Shown: positions 35,373-45,150, counted from the first letter of the stretch. The stretch is DNA of 57,961 nt from a virus (IMGVR_UViG_3300031463_000009:1-57961), one strand, 5' to 3'. A program made the numbers and translations. The notes: a model not told the origin generated them from the letters alone.

Positions 35373-37058
35373 ATGATGAATTTTTACAAGACAAGGGTCT
35401 TAACTAAAACTGCTACAGTCAAAGTTCCTTTAGATCCTTCTATATGGGTTGACTTTATATCTCAATATGTTGCAAAGGAACATCCAGAACTTGTTGGTAA
35501 TAAAATAGCTGTTGAGTTTGACAAAGCCGATCCTGAAAAAGGATATGCTTTTGGAACTGTTAAAGTTTCTTCTTCTCAGGATACAACTAAAACTGTGGCT
35601 CTTCCGATAGTAATTGAAAATTTTAAGATATACCCATTGGATCTTATGTTAAAAGAAGGGGATCTAGCCCCTTATAATGAGGATGAGGTTTCGAGAATTT
35701 TGTTCTCTCCAAGCTTTGTAAACAAACTTGTTCCTCGTCCTAAAAATATGCCTGATGCCCCTATAGTTGTTCCTTTTGCTAGTTTGAATAAAGGGGCTTC
35801 TAAAACGGCCTTGTTTGAAGACTTGGGACCACTGACAGATGACAAAACCAAAAAGGAGTTCTTAAAGGAACTAAAAAATCATCCCGATTTACTGAAAGTA
35901 GCTGGTATAAAAGAGTTTTTCGAGAGTAAATATTCTCCTATGTCTAAAACACCGTTAGCTTACCTTTCAGACGGAAAGAAAGGATATACACTTGCTCAGA
36001 ATATATTCGACGGCTCATTCGAAGTGATAGAGAAAGACGCATCTGAAGCGGAAGTAGTCCAGTTTACTGAAGGAGAAGCATCTGAGGTCCCGCCTCCTCT
36101 TAATACTCCTGAATCAGGTCCTTGTCTTGTAAAGTGTGGCAATTCTATCATATCTGCTTACAGAATAAGTAAGGTGACTGACTTCGAACGGGTCTATGAA
36201 AGACCTATGTATGTTCTTCCTGAAGGGCTTTATTCTTTTTCAAAAGTGGCTGCTTCCAAATTTGACGAGGCAGTGGATGTATTCGGCCCTCCTGAGGGTT
36301 TTGGAATGTTCCTTTTCAATTCTAAAATAGCAAGCGTTCCTATGACCATCAATAGGGTAGGAGATGATTACTTTGCTAACGCTGGAACAGTCCCAATGCG
36401 TCTGATTTTTGTTCCAGAGCTTGCTTATCCTGTAAAATTAGCAAGCGAACTATTCATTCCTTATGACGCAGAATTTATACCTATGCGGAAACAGATAACC
36501 CTAGATGAGATGACCGGTCTTCCTGAAGAATCTTACCAGTATCATCTGATAAAACAGGGTAATAGCTTTTATCTTGGTGGAGACGCCAGAAACTTGTCTA
36601 ATCTATCTGCAAGAGATGCTTTCTTGCATCTAATATCACTTGGATGTTCTGACAAGCTGGCATCAAAAATCATTAAAGAAGCTTCATCAAATCCTAATGG
36701 GAAAACTTTCTGGTCGAATTCTCCTGAGTTTGCTTGCGCTGACCTGCAGAAAACCGCAGACCTTATAGATGAGCTTAAGGAATCTTTATTTGACGAGAGC
36801 GAAGATCTTAAGGCAACCCCTGCGGTGGATAAAGTCCTGGCTCTTTCTGTTTTAACTCCAGAGAACCTAGGGGTTTTCTTGAATCATGCCGATGAACTTG
36901 AAGATTCAATTTCTTATTTATCTAAGCTGTTACTTTTATGTAGGCTTGGTTTGAGAGATGTTCCAGAGTCGAGTGTAAAAACCTCATTATCTTCTTTGGC
37001 CAAACTTAAGAATATATTGGGGTTAATACAAGAATCTATACCAAAGGAAGGGGAATGA
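35373..37058 (+). CDS. Large hypothetical protein, probable virion/prohead component (many K-x-A sites)
   Basis: GGAGG RBS before ATG 35373; TKTA, SKTA, LKVA, VKLA, KEAS, QKTA sites. Confidence 0.6.
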   Translation: MMNFYKTRVLTKTATVKVPLDPSIWVDFISQYVAKEHPELVGNKIAVEFDKADPEKGYAFGTVKVSSSQDTTKTVALPIVIENFKIYPLDLMLKEGDLAPYNEDEVSRILFSPSFVNKLVPRPKNMPDAPIVVPFASLNKGASKTALFEDLGPLTDDKTKKEFLKELKNHPDLLKVAGIKEFFESKYSPMSKTPLAYLSDGKKGYTLAQNIFDGSFEVIEKDASEAEVVQFTEGEASEVPPPLNTPESGPCLVKCGNSIISAYRISKVTDFERVYERPMYVLPEGLYSFSKVAASKFDEAVDVFGPPEGFGMFLFNSKIASVPMTINRVGDDYFANAGTVPMRLIFVPELAYPVKLASELFIPYDAEFIPMRKQITLDEMTGLPEESYQYHLIKQGNSFYLGGDARNLSNLSARDAFLHLISLGCSDKLASKIIKEASSNPNGKTFWSNSPEFACADLQKTADLIDELKESLFDESEDLKATPAVDKVLALSVLTPENLGVFLNHADELEDSISYLSKLLLLCRLGLRDVPESSVKTSLSSLAKLKNILGLIQESIPKEGE

Positions 37059-37913
37059 GTGTTCGGTTCGGAGTTTCCTTTAGGTCTTCCTGTAGACACA
37101 CCATATTGGAGATACTTAATCTATCTTTTTCTTGAGGAATACCCAAAAGGTTTGGGAGCATCAGAAAGGGTTAAGGGAAGACTAGTAAGAGAAGATGTAG
37201 TAGACGCTCTTCCTATATTCTATGATTCCCTGGAGAAGTTAGTCAAAGAGAAGCCTAAAAAAGAACTAATAGAGGCGTTTGACCTATTCTTTGCTTTTGA
37301 CACAAACTCTGGTAAATGCATGGAATGGGATAAGGTGCAATATCTATTTTTCAACTTCAGACACTATATCGACATATTCTTATTCAGTGTGTCCTTTAAG
37401 TTTGATGAAGCATCAGAATTGATAAGTGATAAACTCAAGTTCGTTGTCGACAGCAATAGCTTAGGTATATATGCTCATTATTTCTTTGACCCAATGTTTG
37501 TATACTCCTACCAATTATTTACTGATTTTCTACAAAGATGCCGAAACTTCTCCACATCTCTGCCTTATTTCTTCGCACATGCTGGAGAAATAGATGCGGC
37601 ACTATGTGCTATAAATGCTAGGCGTTTAAGCAAGGAACTAATGCTCCAAAGAACAGCGGAATTAAATTTCCTTAAGTTTCTAAAGGTTGCTAAGATAGAC
37701 AGGGACCGTGGGGAGTCAACAGCAAAAGAAATGTTCCTATACACACAAGGAATTGCAATTGCACAACGTGAACTCGGAAAGGCTACAGGGGACCAATCAG
37801 AGCTTCAAAATGTCCTTGACAAATTCAGACTCGAGGAAGACAAATCTGTTGCTAAAAAGAAAGTCGTGTTTGAACTTCCGTCTGCAAGTCAATCAGAAGA
37901 AGCTAAAAAATAA
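37059..37913 (+). CDS. Hypothetical protein
   Basis: 284-aa ORF abutting the upstream gene. Confidence 0.75.
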   Translation: MFGSEFPLGLPVDTPYWRYLIYLFLEEYPKGLGASERVKGRLVREDVVDALPIFYDSLEKLVKEKPKKELIEAFDLFFAFDTNSGKCMEWDKVQYLFFNFRHYIDIFLFSVSFKFDEASELISDKLKFVVDSNSLGIYAHYFFDPMFVYSYQLFTDFLQRCRNFSTSLPYFFAHAGEIDAALCAINARRLSKELMLQRTAELNFLKFLKVAKIDRDRGESTAKEMFLYTQGIAIAQRELGKATGDQSELQNVLDKFRLEEDKSVAKKKVVFELPSASQSEEAKK

Positions 37914-37941
37914 AGAATTTTCTGGCATAACTATTAGGAAG
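37903..37941 (+). promoter_or_regulatory. Putative phage promoter (motif variant)
   Basis: CTAAAA AATAAAGAATTTTCTGGC ATAAC. Confidence 0.4.
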
Positions 37942-37970
37942 CCACAAACTAAAACCAAAGGAGGAAGACT

Positions 37971-38174
37971 GTGGAATGGAAGAAGAATAAAAAACCTAGA
38001 AAAGTGTTGAGAAGGGTTGTTCTGCTCAGCTTTTCTATCAACACAGAATATCCCAGAAAATTCATTGACGATCTTGACGAGTTATGTAAAAGTTATGTCT
38101 TTGATGACAAAGTAAATCTTTACTCGTTTGAATACAAGATTGAAAGCGTAAATAAACCGAATCGTTCTGATTAA
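37971..38174 (+). CDS. Hypothetical protein
   Basis: AGGAGG RBS, GTG start. Confidence 0.65.
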   Translation: MEWKKNKKPRKVLRRVVLLSFSINTEYPRKFIDDLDELCKSYVFDDKVNLYSFEYKIESVNKPNRSD

Positions 38175-38194
38175 ATATGCTATAATTATCCATT

Positions 38195-38695
38195 ATGGAA
38201 GAGGATTGGGTTCATAAAGTAATTTCACCAGAAGCTATTGCTGAGGTTAGAGAAACTAGAAAGCTGGCTATTTCTGTTCTTAGTAATAGACTAAAAAAGA
38301 AGATTGGAATGTCTAAAGGGGTCACAAATTTTGCGTGTGACCAAATGGCTAGGGCTTTAGTATTGTTAAGCGAGATTACTCGAAGATACGAGTATATTAT
38401 TGACCACGCGGAACTAACAGCTTTGACTAATGCTCAACGAAGAGAGTTGTATGATGTATACTCACATTTTGAGGTTATACGGGCTAGCCTGTTATCACAG
38501 TTGTATACTTCATACCAAATTATTAAGTATTCGTTAGGAGGTTTTAATGCGAAGAAATCAGCAGACTCTCCAACGCGTATTCGGAAGTTGGTCTCAAGAT
38601 ACTACCGAGCACCTGTATCGCCTTTCGTTAATTCTGGGCCCCTTAGAGCGAGCTTTGGATACATGGACTGGGAAAGGTTGCGCATTATGCGGTAG
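38195..38695 (+). CDS. Hypothetical protein
   Basis: 166-aa ORF preceded by extended -10 TGCTATAAT and no RBS. Confidence 0.7.
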   Translation: MEEDWVHKVISPEAIAEVRETRKLAISVLSNRLKKKIGMSKGVTNFACDQMARALVLLSEITRRYEYIIDHAELTALTNAQRRELYDVYSHFEVIRASLLSQLYTSYQIIKYSLGGFNAKKSADSPTRIRKLVSRYYRAPVSPFVNSGPLRASFGYMDWERLRIMR

Positions 38696-38891
38696 TAAAC
38701 AATCTAAAGAAGTTCTCTGTTTAAGATGTGTTCGTGATTATGACGCTTTTCATATTGATAAGTATTTTGAGTGTGTCGAAGAAGGGTATATGCGGTTTCT
38801 TCGCAGACAGTATATCCACGCGAAACATATGGGATGGAGGTCAAAACGATGCAAAAAAAGAAACCTAACAGACGTAACTATACGCAAGTAA
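38655..38891 (+). CDS. Small Zn-finger protein
   Basis: CALC...CLRC; probable TTG start at 38655 within the longer ORF. Confidence 0.5.
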   Translation: MDTWTGKGCALCGSKQSKEVLCLRCVRDYDAFHIDKYFECVEEGYMRFLRRQYIHAKHMGWRSKRCKKRNLTDVTIRK

Positions 38892-39067
38892 AAATATCTT
38901 TCATCGTTCCTAAAGTGGCAGGTAAAGAATTTGCCAGAGACCTAATTGATTATGCCTACGAAATAGCTTCAAGCTATCTAGTGTATGCTTGGGTTGGAGA
39001 AATTCCTAAAAGTACTTGGAAAGAGTTTTGTGATTATTATGAAGAGTATTTGGAGGAGGAAAGATGA
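38849..39067 (+). CDS. Hypothetical protein
   Basis: GGAGG RBS before ATG 38849. Confidence 0.6.
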   Translation: MQKKKPNRRNYTQVKISFIVPKVAGKEFARDLIDYAYEIASSYLVYAWVGEIPKSTWKEFCDYYEEYLEEER

Positions 39068-39426
39068 ACGAAGCCGTACCACATTTAGAAGATCTAGTAA
39101 AAGCAGGTTCTTCAGACTCTTATATAAGTGAACTGTTATGTTCTAAAATTCCATTTTTGGTTGGTGTAGGTAATACACATTTTGTTATATTTCTTGATGA
39201 ACCTTGGGATGAGATTCCAGAGTCTTTCAAAGTTGAATATGCTTTAATTCTCTCTGAGGTTAGTACACCACAAGGGGTTTTAATGGGTTTTACCAAGATG
39301 GGACTAACCTACTTCAACAACGTAGATTTTGTGTCACTACTTCCTGAGGACCATCCTATCGTCGGTGCTTTGAAGAAGGCGTTTTTTAAGGTAGTTCCTG
39401 GTAGGTTAATAGCGCCGACAAATTAA
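39064..39426 (+). CDS. Hypothetical protein
   Basis: GGAGG RBS; ATGA overlap. Confidence 0.75.
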   Translation: MNEAVPHLEDLVKAGSSDSYISELLCSKIPFLVGVGNTHFVIFLDEPWDEIPESFKVEYALILSEVSTPQGVLMGFTKMGLTYFNNVDFVSLLPEDHPIVGALKKAFFKVVPGRLIAPTN

Positions 39427-39427
39427 T

Positions 39428-39480
39428 GGCTAAAAAAGAAGGGAGGATGTTTTATCCCTCCCCCCTTCTTTTTTTTAGTC
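39428..39480. terminator. Bidirectional intrinsic terminator
   Basis: GGCTAAAAAAGAAGGGAGG...CCCCTTCTTTTTTTTAGTC between convergent clusters. Confidence 0.85.
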
Positions 39481-39720
39481 TACATATATGTGATGAACAT
39501 CTGCATCTTTGTCGTAAGCTACTACAACCCCACGACGAAGTTTTAGATATGTGAATTTTTTTCCTCTATGCTGTGGAAGTCCACCATTACTTACGAATTC
39601 TTTTTTAGACATCTTCTTACCTTCTTCCAGTGCCTGAGCAAATTCTGTGGCATCTCTGAATATATCATATATTGGATGATTACTGTTTCCTATGTCCTTG
39701 CATGATCCGATGTATTGCAT
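39475..39720 (-). CDS. Hypothetical protein
   Basis: 81-aa ORF ending at the terminator. Confidence 0.7.
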   Translation of the reverse strand: MQYIGSCKDIGNSNHPIYDIFRDATEFAQALEEGKKMSKKEFVSNGGLPQHRGKKFTYLKLRRGVVVAYDKDADVHHIYVD

Positions 39721-39872
39721 TGTTTATCTCTCTGTTGCTCTTGTTCCATAAGCCCTGGATAAAAAGTGTTGCATAGCTTGGAGAACCCACATACTTTTTG
39801 TCTATGTGAAGGACAAATCTGCTTGTTTTTTATTATCCTACATGGCACAGCTACTTTATTTTTATCGTTCAT
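39690..39872 (-). CDS. Small Cys-containing hypothetical protein
   Basis: GGAGG RBS, ATGA overlap with radical SAM stop. Confidence 0.55.
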   Translation of the reverse strand: MNDKNKVAVPCRIIKNKQICPSHRQKVCGFSKLCNTFYPGLMEQEQQRDKQCNTSDHART

Positions 39873-40750
39873 ATACTACCCTCCTGCTTAAGGTATGATG
39901 TTTTTTCAACAACTAACATAGTCCCCTTTCTGCTTTTTACTTCTTTGAAATTAAGACCAGGTTTTTTGTCCAAAGGGCAAACGATTGTTTTAACCTTAGC
40001 CCAGGTATCTGATAAATTAGTGTATTCAACATAGTCTTTTGAATTAGAACAAATAGATGCTCTTCCTTTGTAGTCTATGCACATACTTATTTTACCCTGA
40101 TCGCATTGTTTAATCACACCTGTTTTTTCTGATATATTCATCGTCTTCCACAAGCATGGGTCAAACCAGAATGCGTGCGAGTTGTCGTCTATTAGAGTTA
40201 AAACTTTGTCTATTACTTTGTTAGTTCCTTTTCCAGCCACTGGTTTTTTGAGTAATAGAGTAATCTTATTGATGTCTTCTTTTAACAGACTATAAGCGTC
40301 TGCAAAGTCTTTTGGGTTAGTGACTATATGATTTATTCCTATGCTTTTTACTTCCATGTCTCTGAAGTGCCTTATGGCTTTTATAGCCTGCTTTTTCTTT
40401 AGTGGATGTACATCGTCATACGAAATGTGTATCCTGTCCGGAACCACTGGAAAGTCCTTTTTAGTTGGAAGGATACTCCCGTTAGTGGTCACGGCCACAA
40501 ACATTCCGTATTCTTTAGCTTTGGCGATTATTCTTGGGAGAGGTTCATAGAGGAAAGGCTCTCCTCCACCAATAGCCAAAGACCTAACAATCCCTTTCCA
40601 TTGGTATAACCATGTAGAAACAGTCTTTTCAGGCAGTTCACCATCTCCCCGTTTATAAAAGCATTCAGGACAATTGAAATTACATCTGCTAGTTATCAGC
40701 AGATGTATTGTTAATGGGTAGTCACCCTCATATCTTATTGGTATTATCAT
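39869..40750 (-). CDS. Radical SAM enzyme
   Basis: 'CNFNCPEC' (CxxxCxxC), 'IGGGEP', 'TTNG', 'ISYD', C-terminal Twitch/SPASM-like cysteines. Confidence 0.92.
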   Translation of the reverse strand: MIIPIRYEGDYPLTIHLLITSRCNFNCPECFYKRGDGELPEKTVSTWLYQWKGIVRSLAIGGGEPFLYEPLPRIIAKAKEYGMFVAVTTNGSILPTKKDFPVVPDRIHISYDDVHPLKKKQAIKAIRHFRDMEVKSIGINHIVTNPKDFADAYSLLKEDINKITLLLKKPVAGKGTNKVIDKVLTLIDDNSHAFWFDPCLWKTMNISEKTGVIKQCDQGKISMCIDYKGRASICSNSKDYVEYTNLSDTWAKVKTIVCPLDKKPGLNFKEVKSRKGTMLVVEKTSYLKQEGSI

Positions 40751-41204
40751 TGGTCTTTTTTTCCTTTCGTTTTTGTTCAGTCCTCATCGTTACTTTAAGC
40801 TCCCCGTCCTCTAGCAGCAACTCACCGGTCCTATCTCTATCATCATATATCATTACTATTTTTCCTACATACCCATTCTCCCAAATAACATCTATTACCA
40901 GGTGATAGTAATTTTCTGGTTTTTTTCGCATCATTTTTAGAGCTTCTTTTACCCCAATTAGACCTGGAGGAAGATGGTGGGCAGCATCAAACGGGCAGTC
41001 TTCTTTTAGCTGAAGACCATAAGTTTTGGCTATTTTGGCTTCTGGGGTTAGTTGCAGTTTCTTTTTTCCTTTAGCAACTCTGAATATGTCGGAACGAAAC
41101 ATCACACCGCGAGTTGAAAAAAACACCTCCAATATATACCTTACCTGCTCATTAGAACATATTGACTCTACTGTATTGATAAGTGCTTCTAATGTATGGT
41201 ACAT
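40728..41204 (-). CDS. Hypothetical protein, paralog of 41227-41844
   Basis: AGGAGG RBS before ATG 41204; 'LPPGLIGVKEA...KKP...L.I.VIW'. Confidence 0.75.
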   Translation of the reverse strand: MYHTLEALINTVESICSNEQVRYILEVFFSTRGVMFRSDIFRVAKGKKKLQLTPEAKIAKTYGLQLKEDCPFDAAHHLPPGLIGVKEALKMMRKKPENYYHLVIDVIWENGYVGKIVMIYDDRDRTGELLLEDGELKVTMRTEQKRKEKKTNDNTNKI

Positions 41205-41226
41205 TGAATACCTCCTTTTGTAGTTT

Positions 41227-41844
41227 TTACTCTTCATCACCACTCTCTGAAGGCTCTATGCATCCTTCAATTCCTATTACTTTAGATAACTGTGCACAGT
41301 GCTCTTTATATTTTGGGCTCTTTATATAATAGTCTTGATTTGAAAAGTCAACTTCTGTGTCCCCTCCATCTGGCATAGGTGGGTATTCAATAAAGTCGGA
41401 ACAATTATGTTCCATAAATGCTTTCCATATGACCCCTATAGTAAGCACTTTGAATTGCCTGGGGCGCTTTTTTATTAGTTCTATTGCCTTTTTTACCCCT
41501 TCTAGTCCGTGGGGTAATTTTCTAATTCCAGGTTCAAGACCCATAACTTTAGACCTCGCTGTTACCAACCCATCAATTTTATTGGCAATAGTTTTACCAC
41601 TTATATATCTCTTATCTATCTTTGTGTAATCGAGGAATCCAGATTTGTAGTATATACACTCATCCGATCCGGATTCCTTTTTGTTTTTATAAAACTCTAA
41701 ATTTACATACACTATGTATCTAACAACATCGCTCTCGCATACCCTTTCTATTGCATCTAAAACTTCATACATTGTATCAAAGCAAACTATATGTGGATCA
41801 GCCGTGCAATCACAAGTATCTGGATTGAAGAATCTTACTCTCAT
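41227..41844 (-). CDS. Hypothetical protein, paralog of 40728-41204
   Basis: 'LPHGLEGVKKA...KRP...L.I.VIW'. Confidence 0.75.
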   Translation of the reverse strand: MRVRFFNPDTCDCTADPHIVCFDTMYEVLDAIERVCESDVVRYIVYVNLEFYKNKKESGSDECIYYKSGFLDYTKIDKRYISGKTIANKIDGLVTARSKVMGLEPGIRKLPHGLEGVKKAIELIKKRPRQFKVLTIGVIWKAFMEHNCSDFIEYPPMPDGGDTEVDFSNQDYYIKSPKYKEHCAQLSKVIGIEGCIEPSESGDEE

Positions 41845-42380
41845 TTTTTACTCCTTTTCTGTTTCTTTTTTGGTTTCTGCTTTCTGTCAATATCCGCATT
41901 AGTGCTGATGTATTTCAATTTGTAATACTCCTTAGAGAATTCTCCACACTTACGACAATAAGTGTTGTAGATCAACCAATCGTCGTCTACTGCATAACTT
42001 TCATATGATAACTTCTCGCTTCCACATATAGGGCATTTTCCCCTGTCGCATTTAGCGATTTCCTCAGATTGTTCTTCGAAGAATTTAACTGCTGAATCTG
42101 ATTGTTTATATGGTGGAAATTCAACATATGGGATGTCGTGCAGATATTCCAGAATATCTCCTTCATCAGCAACATGTTTGTCTATGAGAAATGAAAGGAC
42201 ATCTTCAATAGTATGCCCAGGTTTTAGTTTTAGTTTATTTATCTCCATAATTGATTTTAGGTCTTCTCCACTTAGGGTGTTCAGTGCAACATTTTCAGCT
42301 TTTGCAACTGACGATATGCTGAGGTCTCCTTGTTTAATTTTGGAAAGATCCTCTTTTGTAACTAAGTAGTAGAACATCAT
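41841..42380 (-). CDS. Hypothetical protein with C-terminal Zn ribbon
   Basis: CPIC...CRKC; GGAGGTG RBS. Confidence 0.75.
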   Translation of the reverse strand: MMFYYLVTKEDLSKIKQGDLSISSVAKAENVALNTLSGEDLKSIMEINKLKLKPGHTIEDVLSFLIDKHVADEGDILEYLHDIPYVEFPPYKQSDSAVKFFEEQSEEIAKCDRGKCPICGSEKLSYESYAVDDDWLIYNTYCRKCGEFSKEYYKLKYISTNADIDRKQKPKKKQKRSKK

Positions 42381-42420
42381 CCTATTTCACCTCCATTCTT
42401 AAGTAACTGAAATCAAACGT

Positions 42421-42837
42421 TCAGGGCCTATCATCCCTTGCGTTTTCTTTATAGGTTTGCACTTCGTTTTCTATAGAGTCTTCACATTTTTCGATCATTA
42501 GTTCGTAGTAATAGTCGTATTCTTTCTCTGATAAGTATGGATAGAGATCTACCCATTTGTCCCCAAGTTTGATGTGTATGTCAAAGTCATCTACCTCTGG
42601 TGGATCTGGTGGGGATGGAGGGTCCCAGGAGAATGGTGTATAGCTAGGTCCTTTCTCTCCAGCTTTGAAATTCCCCCTCAACATTAGTTCAAACCCGTGT
42701 TCGTATCCGTCTTTTAACTTAGCTTTTTCTTCTGGTGGCAGGTAATTAGTTATATCAAAGTTTTTTCCACCAAGAATAATTTCTATTTTGTCTCCTACGG
42801 ACATTTCAAAATATTCTGTAATATGTATTTCGTGCAT
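42421..42837 (-). CDS. Hypothetical acidic protein
   Basis: AAAGGAG RBS before ATG 42837; 'PP.PP.PPEV' motif. Confidence 0.7.
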   Translation of the reverse strand: MHEIHITEYFEMSVGDKIEIILGGKNFDITNYLPPEEKAKLKDGYEHGFELMLRGNFKAGEKGPSYTPFSWDPPSPPDPPEVDDFDIHIKLGDKWVDLYPYLSEKEYDYYYELMIEKCEDSIENEVQTYKENARDDRP

Positions 42838-42860
42838 ATTATTCTCCTTTTTTGCTTTCT

Positions 42861-43241
42861 CTATTCTTCTATAAACCCTTGTTCTTTCCCAAGTCTTATA
42901 GCCGTTTCCTCGAACGCGAACCAAGCTAACAGGTTCTTGTTCAAGTCATTGCGAGCTAGTGGGTCTTCTTTGTCCCATTTGTCTCCGAAAACCATCTCCG
43001 GTCCTCCGCCGAATGATTCGCAAGTATCAGCCAACAACTCGGAAATTTCTTTTCTATGTCTATTAAAGAATCTTGTGGTGTCATTGTAGTAGATAAGCTC
43101 TCCCACCAAACCTGAGGAACATCCATCTGACATCAAGTCCGCCAAAAATCCAGTAACTCCATTGTCGTAATCCTTTGCGTAGCTGTTAACGATTCTCGCC
43201 ACAGCTTTTTCAAGTTTAGTCTCTCCGATCATTTTCTTCAT
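42861..43241 (-). CDS. Conserved phage hypothetical protein
   Basis: 'GCSSGLVGELIYYNDT..FF..H..EI' and 'NLLAWFAFEE', a motif pair recalled from small phage proteins. Confidence 0.75.
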   Translation of the reverse strand: MKKMIGETKLEKAVARIVNSYAKDYDNGVTGFLADLMSDGCSSGLVGELIYYNDTTRFFNRHRKEISELLADTCESFGGGPEMVFGDKWDKEDPLARNDLNKNLLAWFAFEETAIRLGKEQGFIEE

Positions 43242-43512
43242 TTTCTTTTTCTCCTTTCTGGTTTTCTATATTTGCTAGTTCTAAATAGTTTCTAAAGACT
43301 TCTAAAGTTCTTGCTATAGCCTTCTCTTCTTTTTCCTTTGGGAGTTTGCATTTTTTAATAAAGTCTAAAGCCTTTTTTACAGAAACTTCATATGAATAGC
43401 CACGAGGCGGGTAATACAGCATCCATAACGACCAATCACTTTCCTTAACGCACAGAGCTTCCAGACCTCTTTTAGTTTCTCTGGACGCTATTGTTTCTGG
43501 TCTTCCTGACAT
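43216..43512 (-). CDS. Hypothetical protein
   Basis: AGGAGG RBS. Confidence 0.7.
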   Translation of the reverse strand: MSGRPETIASRETKRGLEALCVKESDWSLWMLYYPPRGYSYEVSVKKALDFIKKCKLPKEKEEKAIARTLEVFRNYLELANIENQKGEKENEENDRRD

Positions 43513-43655
43513 TTTTGTCCTCCTTTCTTTTCGGTTTTTTCTTTGGTAGTCTTCGTTTCTTTTTCCCGATTGGTTAATCTAAGGAGCCAATTCCGAATAT
43601 AATCAGTGGTTGTATCTGTTTTATCAACTGACACTGTTTTTGTCTTTTTTTTCAT
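43488..43655 (-). CDS. Small Lys/Thr-rich hypothetical protein
   Basis: 55-aa ORF filling the gap; the longer 43488-43877 frame overlaps the repeat gene. Confidence 0.4.
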   Translation of the reverse strand: MKKKTKTVSVDKTDTTTDYIRNWLLRLTNREKETKTTKEKTEKKGGQKCQEDQKQ

Positions 43656-44463
43656 AGTGTCCACTTTTGTCAATTGCACTCTGTTCCGGTTCGCCTGGCA
43701 CCTGTGTATTCCTAGAGACTCGCGTATTACCGTAAATCCGTGCGTCTCCGTAAACCTGTGCATCACCCGAGACCCGTGCGCGATCAAATACCCATGCATT
43801 ACCTGAGACAATAGCATTACCGGAAACCCGTGCGTGACCAAAAACCTTAGCATCTCCACAGACCTGGGCGTTGCCATTTACCTCTGCATCATCAAAGATT
43901 AATGCATCATCATAAACTTGTGCACTGCCATAGACTTGTGCACTACCGGTGATTCGTGCGTGCCCTAAGACCTGTGCATTATCAAGGATCATCGCATCCC
44001 CGGCTATCCATGCATTACCTGCTATCTGTGCATCATCACCGACACCTGCATTATCAGATACTTGTGCGTTATCGAAGATTTGTGCGTTATCATCAATCCA
44101 CGCATTACCGAATACCTGAGCATTACCAAACACTTTTGCATTAGAAGAGACTACTGCATTGCCGAAGACACGAGCATTACCGAAAACTTTTGCATCATCG
44201 TAGACCAAGGCTTCACCAAAAACTGTTGCATTTCCGCTTACCAATGCATCGTCAAAGACCCGTGCGTCATCAGAGATCCACGCATCACCTTCGTGCGATA
44301 AGTTATTCTCAGATTCTACCCATCCTCCGAGATCTCCCCGTTTAACCGCACCGAAATCCCGCAAAGCACGAATGCGTCTCAGTCCATTTTTGGTTTCATT
44401 AGTCAATTCGTATTTTTTCGTTTCCACTTTCGAATCCTTTTGTTCTTTTTTACATTCGCTCAT
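43624..44463 (-). CDS. Hexapeptide-repeat (left-handed beta-helix) protein
   Basis: 'KYELT...RIRALRDFG.VK.GDLGGW.E.E.NLS', then about 30 (G/D)(N/D)AxV/I hexapeptides. Confidence 0.88.
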   Translation of the reverse strand: MSECKKEQKDSKVETKKYELTNETKNGLRRIRALRDFGAVKRGDLGGWVESENNLSHEGDAWISDDARVFDDALVSGNATVFGEALVYDDAKVFGNARVFGNAVVSSNAKVFGNAQVFGNAWIDDNAQIFDNAQVSDNAGVGDDAQIAGNAWIAGDAMILDNAQVLGHARITGSAQVYGSAQVYDDALIFDDAEVNGNAQVCGDAKVFGHARVSGNAIVSGNAWVFDRARVSGDAQVYGDARIYGNTRVSRNTQVPGEPEQSAIDKSGHYEKKDKNSVS

Positions 44464-44693
44464 TTATTTCTCCTTTCCTGCCTTTTTTTGCAATGCGGGC
44501 AGAGATTTTCATAACTGCCCCATTCCCAATTTTCTGGGAATGCCCCCAATTCCGGAATCTCCGTTCCGCACTGCCCACAGACGATAGGATCCGGTTCCTC
44601 TTCATAAAACCCATTTTGAAGAGGGTAAATAACCTCTGTCTCAGCAGGGGTTTGTGGGTTCACCAGCTGACAGTCCAAAATCTCTCTTTTCAT
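44460..44693 (-). CDS. Zn-ribbon protein
   Basis: CGQC...CPHC. Confidence 0.7.
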   Translation of the reverse strand: MKREILDCQLVNPQTPAETEVIYPLQNGFYEEEPDPIVCGQCGTEIPELGAFPENWEWGSYENLCPHCKKRQERRNK

Positions 44694-45103
44694 TTTATTT
44701 CCTCCATCCCATTTGTTCTTTGTGTGCTTCCTACTAAATCGGTAACAATTAGTGTTATTTCTCCTTTCCCATCAAGAAACACCTGATAAAGATATTCTAT
44801 ATCTGTGTCCTTTTCTTTTAACGGATCCCTGTGTGTAAGATACACGCTTGAGTTACCTTCATTAAAAAGATAAGCTATGAGACCAGTTGCAAACCTTGAT
44901 GGCTCTAGGGCAACATTCGTCCCAAAAATGTTTCCATAGCATGCTTGATAGTTTCCTGTAACCTTTGGGTCAGATTCCTTAGCCTTTTTTATGAAGGCTT
45001 CTAACCTAATCCCCAACCATTCTGGATACCCATCTCCATGAACATAGATTTTCCATTTTTCGTTAAATGAATCAACAACTTCTACGATTGCTCTGGTACT
45101 CAT
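44690..45103 (-). CDS. Conserved phage hypothetical protein (Y.H.DGYP motif)
   Basis: 'MSTRAIV...IYVHGDGYPEWLG...DIEYLY'; ATG at 45103. Confidence 0.75.
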   Translation of the reverse strand: MSTRAIVEVVDSFNEKWKIYVHGDGYPEWLGIRLEAFIKKAKESDPKVTGNYQACYGNIFGTNVALEPSRFATGLIAYLFNEGNSSVYLTHRDPLKEKDTDIEYLYQVFLDGKGEITLIVTDLVGSTQRTNGMEEIK

Positions 45104-45150
45104 ACTAATCCCCCTTTCTTGTTTTAGTAGACCGTTTAGCATTGAAACGG

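Noticed and set aside
43656-43877. Upstream extension of ORF 43488-43877 and the many short antisense or nested ORFs in the track
   Set aside because: Shadow frames of longer genes without RBS or plausible composition.
43624-44463. 18-bp periodic DNA repeats
   Set aside because: Fully explained by a common phage hexapeptide beta-helix protein.
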